From positions 62,001 to 126,000 of the IMG/VR virus record IMGVR_UViG_3300037010_001702: a stretch of DNA of 64,000 nt. The stretch is one strand, 5' to 3'. Every line of letters starts with the position of its first letter. Within the stretch, counting starts at the first letter, position 1. The notes beneath the pieces are model-generated. The model was given only the letters and a program-made list of their open reading frames with translations, did not search any database and was not told the DNA's origin. The position numbers were made by a program, and so were the translations under genes. Shown here piece by piece: positions 9,117 through 17,710 of this stretch.

Positions 9117-10056
9117 GTAATGTGAGAATGAATTGTTCAAGTTCATTATCTGTTTTGGAGTTTATATCATTCTCCCAGATCGAGAGATATCGATATCCAG
9201 ATTCGATCGCAATATTCCGTTTCTTCAGATCTTTGTTCCAAATATCCTTGGCGGCGATTTTAGTTGTTTTGCCTGGAAAGTTTAACAGACTGTTTTCCGT
9301 GTAAAATTTAGGGTTAGCATGCCAGAAGTCTCCTTGAACTTCAAGAACAACATTATTGTTTATCAAAAAATCATATTGAAATCTTTTGATAAAAAATGAA
9401 TATTGAAATGGAACACCAAGGAAAGTTAAACAGTTAGCGACACGGGTTTCAAGTTTATTGATTTTAAAGTATCGTGGTAACGTTCCATTAGTGATCATTG
9501 TATTTTGTTTCTTTTGATGTATTATATACAGTTGTTCATCGGTGAGATTTTCGTATGGATTAACTCTTTTCTTACCATAATGTTCAAGATGAGTTTTAGT
9601 TATTTTGTCTTTGACCTCTGTAAGTTGAAACACATTAACAATGCCGTAACGTTCCTTAAGAGTTCTTTGTCTTGTAATATATCCAACTGAACCTTTAGAC
9701 AGAGCATTTGTAGTGCCATATTTTGTCAAACATGTTTCTCGATATTTCTTTTTAATTGAGTTAGTATTGTTCGCTGTCTCAAGATTTCGTTTGGGAATTC
9801 TATGCATATCTAAGACAAAGTTCAATACCTTAAAATTGACATTAAACATTTTGTAAAAATCAACTGATGAAAGTTCATCTTCAACATACAGCTTATATAT
9901 CAATTCTTTATCAGATAGATTGATCTTTGAATGATTATACGTCAACACATGTAGTTTAAACTCATTTTTGGGATAATCCTTACCACAAGTTTTATAGTGT
10001 GGCAATTTTGATGCAGTTCCACAGATTGGGCATGTTAGTGGTTTATATGGTTTCAT
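9082..10056 (-). mobile_element. Free-standing Vsr-like/DUF559 (PD-(D/E)XK) homing endonuclease
   Basis: CPICG Zn motif; ETCLTKYG/TLKERYG/THLEHYG repeats; KLE...YDF......EVQGDFWH...IWEND nuclease; AT-rich; ATG 10056 preferred because it lies downstream of the late promoter. Confidence 0.85.
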
Positions 10057-10060
10057 ACTA

Positions 10061-10099
10061 TGTATTTCCACGATAGATTTATGATATAATCTATTTATA
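10061..10099. promoter_or_regulatory. Back-to-back promoters: + strand extended -10 TGATATAAT (10082-10090) and - strand late TATAAATA (10092-10099)
   Basis: Motifs read directly from the spacer between the endonuclease and the IntC gene. Confidence 0.65.
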
Positions 10100-10146
10100 G
10101 ACAAACGCAATATAATCACGTTTTTCCATCAGCATGGTACTACTAT

Positions 10147-10248
10147 ATGAAAATTCTAAATATCTCCAAAGTTAAAAGTCAATCTGACCGATATGACATT
10201 CAGACTGGTACTAAAAACTTTTTTGCGAACGGTATTCTCGTCCATAAC
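10147..10248 (+). mobile_element. Split intein C-fragment (IntC, 34 aa)
   Basis: Blocks F/G ending His-Asn, Ser+1 at 10249. Confidence 0.9.
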
Positions 10249-11142
10249 TCATTGATTCATACTGTGAATACAGATCTGGGTGTTAAGCTAAAATCTAAGA
10301 AGACATTTAGCTCAGCCGTTGCACTAGCTGCTGAAAAGTGGATGTATGAGCAGCCTGGACATCATGTCCTGTCTTTTGTGAACTTTGTCACCGCTCAAAA
10401 TTTAACGGCGATCTTTGAATGGACTGCTCCTTCTGCTCGCATCGTTCTCTTCTACCCAGAAGCTGAACTACAATTGCTTCACATTCGCGATAACGTAACT
10501 GGTGTGTACATGGAATCTGAAGACCTTCATAAGTGGGCTGAAGAGTTCAACGTGAAGGTCGTTGAAGAAGTTGAGTTTGCTAATGTCTTCCCTTCTGAAG
10601 ATGCCAACTGGTATCCAGAAGACTACGAAGACGGTAAGTTCAAGCTTGCTGCATTTAACATGGAGCGTGCTAAGTGGCTACATGAAAATGTTGAAGGTGT
10701 AGAAGGTTGGGTATTTCAGTTTGAAGATGGAAACATGGTCAAGCTGAAGACCGACTGGTATATCAAGCGCCACCACGCTATGACATTCATTCGCGAACGC
10801 GATATTGCTCAGCTGGTTCTAGACGAGGGTCTGGATGACATGAAGGCAATGCTGGTTTCTGAAAACGTGAACATTGACCGTATCCTAGAGATCGAACAAA
10901 ATGTGGTTACTGAGCTGAATGTCCTGCGAAAGCTGGTTGATTCAACTGTAAAGGCATGTGAAGGCATGGATCGAAAGACCTTTGCTATCGCACATAACAG
11001 CCACAAGTACTTCTCTCTGCTGATGCGAGCATTTAGTGGGCAAGAACCTAACTACAAGGATTATTTTGAAAAGAATATCCTTAAGGAAAAGTACGGCCAG
11101 GCTCAAGTAGTCATGATGCCATCTATTGCTGAAGGAGATTGA
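10147..11142 (+). CDS. rnlA: Split intein C-fragment (aa 1-34) fused to the Rnl1 RNA ligase C-extein
   Basis: YDIQTGTKNFFANGILVHN|S, then Rnl1 motifs TAIFEWTAP..RIV, LLHIRDNVTG, EGWV, VKLKTDWY. Confidence 0.92.
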   Translation: MKILNISKVKSQSDRYDIQTGTKNFFANGILVHNSLIHTVNTDLGVKLKSKKTFSSAVALAAEKWMYEQPGHHVLSFVNFVTAQNLTAIFEWTAPSARIVLFYPEAELQLLHIRDNVTGVYMESEDLHKWAEEFNVKVVEEVEFANVFPSEDANWYPEDYEDGKFKLAAFNMERAKWLHENVEGVEGWVFQFEDGNMVKLKTDWYIKRHHAMTFIRERDIAQLVLDEGLDDMKAMLVSENVNIDRILEIEQNVVTELNVLRKLVDSTVKACEGMDRKTFAIAHNSHKYFSLLMRAFSGQEPNYKDYFEKNILKEKYGQAQVVMMPSIAEGD

Positions 11143-11216
11143 GATGCGAAAGTTAATGATGGATCGGATCGTGGAGCTGAAGCCGCTATAGCAATAGGAT
11201 AAGTAAAGGACTTGAT

Positions 11217-11597
11217 ATGAAGTTAACAGAAATAAAATACGAAGAAACATGCATTTTGTCTGAATCTGAAATAATGGAGATGGCAAGAATAAAGGAAGCA
11301 GATTCCGGTATTCCTGTTGTTATCTATGTATCAACAAAGCAGTCTGTTAAAGAACACCACGGCCCACGAATTAAAGTTTCAAATATAAAAACTTTTTCTG
11401 ATTCTGATAATTTTGCAATAGATATTTCTAAAAATCCAAGTCCTATTGCTGGAAAAGTTAAACTGAAAAATTCTGAAGTAGATGATATTTGTGATTGGAT
11501 AAAATTAAATTATGAGCCACTTATGAAGTATTGGAATGATGAATACACTAGCGATGCTATTTTCTTTACAGAAATTAAATCACTAAAGGCTTTATAA
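11217..11597 (+). CDS. Hypothetical protein, possibly DUF4160-like; putative head-packaged protein
   Basis: MKLTEI start; EMA.I....SGIPVVIYV...HGPRIKV; AT-rich. Confidence 0.55.
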   Translation: MKLTEIKYEETCILSESEIMEMARIKEADSGIPVVIYVSTKQSVKEHHGPRIKVSNIKTFSDSDNFAIDISKNPSPIAGKVKLKNSEVDDICDWIKLNYEPLMKYWNDEYTSDAIFFTEIKSLKAL

Positions 11598-11857
11598 TGG
11601 TTAAAGTTTATATTGAGATAGACGAGGGTTGGCGCTGGTGGCCAGTTACTGAACAAGATCCAGTGCATCAATATGGGCCTAAGTCAATGTCGATGGAAGT
11701 ACCGCAAGAGCTCTTAACTGAATATAACATTGCGAACACCTTATACCAGAACGTGCAGGAAAAGCTAGAAGCTCTTTATAGAGTGCAAGAAGGAATGAAC
11801 CCACATCCTAATCAAGTGGTTCCAGAATATACACTGTTGAAGGAGAAAACACCTTAA
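11597..11857 (+). CDS. Hypothetical protein
   Basis: 86 aa; TAATG coupling. Confidence 0.65.
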   Translation: MVKVYIEIDEGWRWWPVTEQDPVHQYGPKSMSMEVPQELLTEYNIANTLYQNVQEKLEALYRVQEGMNPHPNQVVPEYTLLKEKTP

Positions 11858-11908
11858 GTATATCTCTAGAAGATGGTATTCAAGCATCTATTTCAAAAGG
11901 ATAAACAT

Positions 11909-12967
11909 ATGAGAAAACTTGCAACAATTAGAAAAATTTCAAAACTATTACCAATTCCCGGCGCAGATGCAATTGAAGTTGCTGTTGTGGATGGGTGGGA
12001 AATAGTCGTGAAAAAAGGAGATTTTGAAGAAGATACTTTAATAGTGATGTGTGAAATCGATTGCTGGGTGCCACATGAGCTTGCTCCATTCCTGTCAAAG
12101 GGAAAGGAACCCCGGGTCTATGAAGGCATTAAGGGTGAGAAGCTTCGCACGGTAAAGTTGCGTGGTGCTCTGTCGCAGGGTCTTCTGCTTCCACTTTCTG
12201 TGCTTGGTAAGCCTGAAGAAGTCTTTTCTATTGGTGATGAATGCATTGGTACTGACGTGTCAGAACAACTTGGTATCATTAAGTGGGAACCAGTTCTTCC
12301 TGCTAATATGGCTGGACAAGTGAAGGGTCTGTTCCCTAGCTTCATTCGCAAGACTGATCAGGAGCGCTGCCAGAACATTGTCGATGAGATTTTCATTGAC
12401 AACAAGGATGCTCGCTACGAAGTTACTATCAAGCTTGATGGTTCTTCTATTACTACTTACAAGTTCCAGCAAGACACTGGTGTCTGCTCTCGTAACCTTG
12501 AACTGGAGATTAACGAAGAGAACAAGGACAACTCGTTTGTTAAGATGTTCCAGGGTTCTATGCTTCAGGCTGTTCTTGATAAGATGGGTAAGAACATTGC
12601 AGTTCAAGGTGAGCTGATGGGTCCTTGTATCCAAGGCAACCGTGAAAACTTCAAGGATACAAAGTTCTTTATCTTCGAAGCGCAGTTCATTGATGATCAG
12701 CGTAAGCTGACACCTGATGAAAGAAAGGCTCTGTTTGCTGAACTTATGGAATGCGGCGCAGATGCACATATTGTGAATCACGTGCCTATCCTACACTACA
12801 ATGTTACTCTTGCTGAGCTTGGCATCTTCAATGTTGAAGACCTTCTAAAGTTTGCTGATGGCCCGTCGATTAACAACCCTATTAGGGAAGGATTGGTGTT
12901 CAAGCGAATGGACGGTGGATTCTCGTTCAAGGCAATTTCGAATAAATTTTTGGAAAAGGAAAAATGA
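11909..12967 (+). CDS. RNA ligase, DRB0094/Rnl5 family
   Basis: MRKLATIRKI..L.PIPGAD.IE...VDGW.IVVKKG OB domain; KTDQERCQN, KLDGSS, QGELMG, REGLVFK, SFKAISN. Confidence 0.92.
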   Translation: MRKLATIRKISKLLPIPGADAIEVAVVDGWEIVVKKGDFEEDTLIVMCEIDCWVPHELAPFLSKGKEPRVYEGIKGEKLRTVKLRGALSQGLLLPLSVLGKPEEVFSIGDECIGTDVSEQLGIIKWEPVLPANMAGQVKGLFPSFIRKTDQERCQNIVDEIFIDNKDARYEVTIKLDGSSITTYKFQQDTGVCSRNLELEINEENKDNSFVKMFQGSMLQAVLDKMGKNIAVQGELMGPCIQGNRENFKDTKFFIFEAQFIDDQRKLTPDERKALFAELMECGADAHIVNHVPILHYNVTLAELGIFNVEDLLKFADGPSINNPIREGLVFKRMDGGFSFKAISNKFLEKEK

Positions 12968-13129
12968 AATATCCAGTAGGAACAAAGGTTGAATGTAATG
13001 GCTGCATTGGGTAGTCACTGAAAGTTCCAAATTGTCATGGGATATCTGCATTGAATGGGATGTGGGCTTGAAGTCTTCTCATATGATGAAGAGTGGCTTG
13101 ATGAGAATGTCGAGGCCATTACAGACTGA
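12964..13129 (+). pseudogene. Small frameshifted gene relic
   Basis: MKYPVGTKVECNGCIG / VVTESSKLSWDICIEWDVGLKS / SYDEEWLDENVEAITD* across three frames; ATGA overlap with the ligase stop. Confidence 0.45.
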
Positions 13130-13172
13130 GGACATTGGTTTGATAAATAAGTCTATCGCATAAGGTAGTACT

Positions 13173-13481
13173 ATGACCATAGAATTTAAATACCAAACCC
13201 TTTTCACCTGCTCCGTACCTGACGGATACACAGCAATCAAAGACTTCAATGAGCTTATCGCTAGTGACGGCCCACACAGTGCAACAACACTGCTTGACAT
13301 CATCAAGATGTCATTTGACAATGTTGGTGTGTCTATTAAAGAGATGCAGATGTCGCCTGATTTAAATCACTGCGATATTCTTATTGACGGAGAAACGATT
13401 CCAATTCGTGTTATCATCCGTTCAAGACCATCTTTAGTCATTGATGGTGTAATTTACAAACTAGAAGAGTTCGATATCTAA
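13173..13481 (+). CDS. Hypothetical protein
   Basis: 102 aa; GATAAATA at 13142-13149. Confidence 0.6.
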   Translation: MTIEFKYQTLFTCSVPDGYTAIKDFNELIASDGPHSATTLLDIIKMSFDNVGVSIKEMQMSPDLNHCDILIDGETIPIRVIIRSRPSLVIDGVIYKLEEFDI

Positions 13482-13487
13482 TTCAAG

Positions 13488-13888
13488 TTATGCTTTGCAT
13501 TTAGAAAGTGCTATCCAGCCTTTTGCTATTCCTTTCAGCACTGGCACTTTAGTTGTTAGACTATTTGAAATTGATTTCCAAGGTAAATTATTAGCATTTG
13601 CAAAGTCTTTTATCCCAATCTCATTGTGATTAATGTCGTGTGGGTCTATTTAGACCCACAAAGATTTGCTTTTTTATTTTTGCTCGATGTGCCATCTTAC
13701 CAACAGTCTGTGATAGATAAAATGTTCCCCAATAGTAAGTTTAACTATGTTATCAGTATCATCAGAACCACCTAATAATATAGGGCAAGTGTGATGCTTT
13801 CTAACTAACTTGTCCTACAGTTTTCTTCTAGTCGGGCACGTGTTATAATAGCAATTATAACAAGTTGAATATTTATTTTCAAGGAACC
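13488..13888 (-). pseudogene. Decayed HNH homing endonuclease
   Basis: Fragments FLENKYSTCY, KHHTCPILLGGSDDTDNIVKLTIGEHFIYHRLL and a C-terminal ...KGIAKGW (NUMOD1-like), broken by stops and frameshifts. Confidence 0.75.
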
Positions 13889-13889
13889 T

Positions 13890-14363
13890 ATGGAACTCCG
13901 ATTATATAGTTTTGTTCAGATGTATTTATCTGATATCCAAAAGGGTATCCAAACAGGTCACATGGCAGTTGATCTCGTTCGCAAATATGGTGACCAGGAA
14001 TATAGTCTTACTGCTCTTCGCGATATGGTTGCAGACTGGGCAGACAACCATAAGACATTCATTGTTTTGAATGGTGGTAATAATGCTATGCTTGACAATA
14101 CAGCAGTCATCTGTTCTCAAAGTGGATTACCATGCACTGCATTCTATGAAGATGAGGATTCACTTGGTGGTATTCGTACCTGCGTAGGTATTGTAGTCCC
14201 AGAGAACTATTTCACTGCTAATTATTATTCTTCGGTAGATATTGAGTCTGTCAAATTCGAGGGTCGCAATATCTTTGACCAGAAGATTGACAACCCTCTT
14301 CAAAATTCTGATCAAGCGATCTTCAATCTTATCAAACTTCTGAAGACATCGAGACTCGCATGA
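13890..14363 (+). CDS. Peptidyl-tRNA hydrolase (PTH2)-like protein
   Basis: QKGIQTGH, W...HKT.IVLNGG, FYED..L....T.VG. Confidence 0.7.
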   Translation: MELRLYSFVQMYLSDIQKGIQTGHMAVDLVRKYGDQEYSLTALRDMVADWADNHKTFIVLNGGNNAMLDNTAVICSQSGLPCTAFYEDEDSLGGIRTCVGIVVPENYFTANYYSSVDIESVKFEGRNIFDQKIDNPLQNSDQAIFNLIKLLKTSRLA

Positions 14364-14812
14364 AGAAAATTATTAAGGGGTTAATCGATGACCCCGGCGT
14401 TCTAATCAGCGGCGGCATTGGGATTGCTGTGTTTGTTATTACTACATTTGTTTCGCTAAATTCTTCCAGTACGAAGAAAGAAGAGCCTAAGCAAGCAGTT
14501 CAAGTCCAGCAAATCACTGAAGATGCAATGCTCGACTCAATGGTGCAAGCATGGACCGATCCCATCGGGCACCGGTTTAAGAAAGTGTGCTATGATGGTC
14601 CTCGGCCCAACGCTAAGTACGGATTCTTTATTCTATATGGGCCGAAGAATCCAGGTGATATTGAAAATGCTTTAGCTGAGGGGTGGTGGTATGTGGAGCA
14701 AGAGTTCTTTCGTACCAGTGCTGGCAAATACTACACCAATGATGTTCCACGTTTAGATAACAACGCACACGTTTATCCAGACGTAACTGGATTAATCTGT
14801 AAGGATAGATAA
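14360..14812 (+). CDS. Membrane-anchored hypothetical protein
   Basis: Single N-terminal hydrophobic helix. Confidence 0.65.
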   Translation: MKKIIKGLIDDPGVLISGGIGIAVFVITTFVSLNSSSTKKEEPKQAVQVQQITEDAMLDSMVQAWTDPIGHRFKKVCYDGPRPNAKYGFFILYGPKNPGDIENALAEGWWYVEQEFFRTSAGKYYTNDVPRLDNNAHVYPDVTGLICKDR

Positions 14813-15408
14813 TGTCAAAAGCAAGAATCGTTGGTCTCTGTGGAACACACGGAACTGGTAAGAGTACTATCATCAAAGGTATTAAAGACCTGGGGTATCC
14901 AGTTAATCAAGCGCAACTATCCAGATCGGCACAGAAAACACTGGGCTGGGATACTCTAGCTAGAGCGCAAGAATCCAAAGCGAACATGTGGGCTCTTCAA
15001 TATGCTATCCTCGATGCTATGTTTGATCGAGATCAAGAAGCACTTGAAACCAGTGAGATAGTATTAGTTGAACGAACTCCTGCAGATGTTTGGTCATACA
15101 CTGAGATGTGGTGCCGAAGACTGTTAATTGACCATATGACTGATCGTCAAGCAGTCGTGTATAAGAAGGCATGTAGAGATATGGCAACTAACTATTGCAA
15201 TTTTCTATTTGTTCCTATATCTGATGCTGTTTCATTTGTGGCAGATCCAAATCGTGCTGACTTAGAAAGCAGAGCCTTCGTGAATATTGCTATTCGGGAA
15301 TTCATCGAGTCAGGCAATCTGCCCCTAACAGAAATCAAATCTACAAGTATTGCAACTCGCATTGCAGAAGCTCAAACAACAATTTCTATTGCACGGATGA
15401 AACTGTGA
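14812..15408 (+). CDS. P-loop kinase/ATPase (AAA_28/NadR-like, NMP-kinase fold)
   Basis: GLCGTHGTGKST, ERTPADV, D..R. Confidence 0.75.
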   Translation: MSKARIVGLCGTHGTGKSTIIKGIKDLGYPVNQAQLSRSAQKTLGWDTLARAQESKANMWALQYAILDAMFDRDQEALETSEIVLVERTPADVWSYTEMWCRRLLIDHMTDRQAVVYKKACRDMATNYCNFLFVPISDAVSFVADPNRADLESRAFVNIAIREFIESGNLPLTEIKSTSIATRIAEAQTTISIARMKL

Positions 15409-15539
15409 AACTACTACCCATCATTATTGCTCTTGCTCTCTGTCTAAATCACCCTTATTTCCAATATAAAATGGTAAGTTAGATATTGGATCAATAAGCT
15501 GATAAACGCATTTCATAAATATCCTTAAGGAGTAGTTTA

Positions 15540-16172
15540 ATGTCTATTTTAAAAAAGCCGGTTACACCTGATTTCGGCTTAGTTATCGACTGGGAAACAT
15601 CTGGTGCTACATGGGGAGGCGACTCTTCTAAAGACTACCAAGGTCTATCCTTCGGTGCTATCGTCTTCAATGCACTAACGTTTGAACCAGTTGAATCACT
15701 CTATGTAGAGATTAAGTTAAATCCTAAATGGAAGTGGTCTGCAGAAGCAGAAGCAATTCACGGGTTGTCCCAAGAATACCTTGAGAAGAATGGTATCTCT
15801 CAAGAAGATGCTGCTATTAAGTTAGCTGAACTCATCATGAAGTATTGGGGTCCAGACGGCAAAGTGATGTTCATGGGTCACAACGCAGAATTTGACCGCC
15901 GATTCACAAATCAGCTGTTAAATCAAATCGAGATTGAATTCTCTGTTGAAAAGCAAACGCAATTCACTTCATGGATTCAACTTCATCATGTCATCCTTGA
16001 TACATCACCTATCGGATTTGTTACGATGGGACTTTTTAAGTCAGACCTGCTCTTCGAAAAGATGGGATTTGAACAGCGCGGAAAGCATAATGCTCTCCAG
16101 GATGCGGAACAGACTTTAGCAACTGCTAGAGGAATTCGAGGCCTTGTAAATATTGCATTAGAACAGCTATGA
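15540..16172 (+). CDS. DEDDh 3'-5' exonuclease (RNase T/DnaQ-like)
   Basis: IDWETSG, GHNAEFD, LDT, HNALQDA; CATAAATA at 15514-15521. Confidence 0.9.
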   Translation: MSILKKPVTPDFGLVIDWETSGATWGGDSSKDYQGLSFGAIVFNALTFEPVESLYVEIKLNPKWKWSAEAEAIHGLSQEYLEKNGISQEDAAIKLAELIMKYWGPDGKVMFMGHNAEFDRRFTNQLLNQIEIEFSVEKQTQFTSWIQLHHVILDTSPIGFVTMGLFKSDLLFEKMGFEQRGKHNALQDAEQTLATARGIRGLVNIALEQL

Positions 16173-16366
16173 CAACCTACGTTTTTGAAGGCGTGGAGGT
16201 CAAAAAGACTGGGAGAGAAGCTACGCGCAGTGTAAAGCAGCTTCCAGGCAAGCCTCCATCTATTATGATTCTTGCAGAGATTACCCCTGTACGAGACTTT
16301 GACTGGGTTAAGTGGGTATCGCCTGATCAGCTTTATGAAGTAAAGGCACCAAGTGAAAACAGTTAA
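16169..16366 (+). CDS. Hypothetical protein
   Basis: 65 aa; ATGA coupling. Confidence 0.6.
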   Translation: MTTYVFEGVEVKKTGREATRSVKQLPGKPPSIMILAEITPVRDFDWVKWVSPDQLYEVKAPSENS

Positions 16367-16598
16367 GTACTATCAAGTTTCCACTGCGCAGCTTATTATT
16401 ATGGCGATTCTAACTGGCATAATTGCTGCAGGGGTCGATGTAATAAATACCTCCGTAAAGGAATACCTTCAATTACCGCTTGTTGTTATCACTGATGGTG
16501 ACAAGTGCGTTACTGTGTCTAACTTTAAGAACGGTGATGCCTACACTTGCAATGATGTGAGTAATATCCTTAGAAATTACAGAGTCAAGAAGAGCTGA
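16353..16598 (+). CDS. Small membrane-anchored protein
   Basis: 81 aa; one TM helix and two Cys. Confidence 0.6.
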   Translation: MKTVKYYQVSTAQLIIMAILTGIIAAGVDVINTSVKEYLQLPLVVITDGDKCVTVSNFKNGDAYTCNDVSNILRNYRVKKS

Positions 16599-17710
16599 TG
16601 ATAAATTACGTAAAATACCAATGCACAGTCTGCCGCCGAATTAAGGACATCCTCCAAGACAACACTCGGGTGTCTCCAAACCTTTGCATCATTACTAAGG
16701 GATGCAGTGGGAGGATGACGATCATCGGTGAAACATCTACTGCCGAGGTCACCCCTCCCGTAGCAGGCCTAACTGATTGGTATCCACGTGGTGTTTCAAA
16801 CGTCGTGGTTCCAGCTGATATCGCAACTCAACCGTTCTCCCTATCGACATCATCAACCGGAATAGTTACAGTTGCAATCATGGCGGCACAGTCGTGGGTC
16901 GCTGCAAACCAACAAGTTGTTCTTCGATTAATTCAGCGTCGCACGGATGACGTTACGTACCAACAGTACCAATATACTCTAACTGCCGCGAGCAATACAG
17001 TATCTGGCAAGGATACAAATGGAAAGATTCTTAAGTTCTCCCAAGCAGCTATTGATGAGGGCAGGGTCTTCGTTAGGGTTAATGGTGTGGATAGCATTCC
17101 AGCTGATTTTGCTTCGTGGGTTCCAAACATTGTAACGTTCTCGAACATCCTTCCAATTGGAACTGCCGTCGAGGTTACCGTTTACTCTCAAAAGGCAACT
17201 ATTGCTCGTGACCTTCTGTTCACGGCAAATCAAGATGCTACTATTACAGCGAATTCTGGTTCATGGGGAAATGTAAATTGGGCAGAGGATAATTTTGGAG
17301 CAAAGTGGTTCGTTTATAGTTGTTCTACTGTTAGCTCGCTTCCCAACTCAGCCAAGTTTAAGGTTGACGGAATTTACGATGCGCTCGGAACAACGCTTGT
17401 TTCAAGCCCTGCTGTTTTCTTGTTAGCCTCATCACCTTTCGAAAACGTTGACCGCTACATGAATTATAATGTAGACATAAGCTTGCTAAAGGCAGACTTT
17501 AATCTATCAACATCAGAAAATACGTTCATGGAACTAAACGCTGATGCGAATTTTGTAAGAGAAATATTCCCGCCACTCAAATTGATTCAGAATGCAGTGT
17601 TAAGTAACTCATCATTTATAACAGCTGACACGTACGCGACATCATCGGCAATTGTTTCAGACACTAGCGCAACAAGATTATCAGGTGTAAAAATTATAGG
17701 ACCAGTATGA
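16598..17710 (+). CDS. Putative virion protein with N-terminal Cys4 module
   Basis: C..C...C.ITKGC N-terminus, then a beta-rich S/T/V body. Confidence 0.55.
   Translation: MINYVKYQCTVCRRIKDILQDNTRVSPNLCIITKGCSGRMTIIGETSTAEVTPPVAGLTDWYPRGVSNVVVPADIATQPFSLSTSSTGIVTVAIMAAQSWVAANQQVVLRLIQRRTDDVTYQQYQYTLTAASNTVSGKDTNGKILKFSQAAIDEGRVFVRVNGVDSIPADFASWVPNIVTFSNILPIGTAVEVTVYSQKATIARDLLFTANQDATITANSGSWGNVNWAEDNFGAKWFVYSCSTVSSLPNSAKFKVDGIYDALGTTLVSSPAVFLLASSPFENVDRYMNYNVDISLLKADFNLSTSENTFMELNADANFVREIFPPLKLIQNAVLSNSSFITADTYATSSAIVSDTSATRLSGVKIIGPV

Noticed and set aside
9117-10146. Group I intron interrupting rnlA
   Set aside because: Both flanks carry clear intein blocks with their own stop and start codons, the endonuclease ORF fills nearly the whole gap, and no intron core elements were recognised
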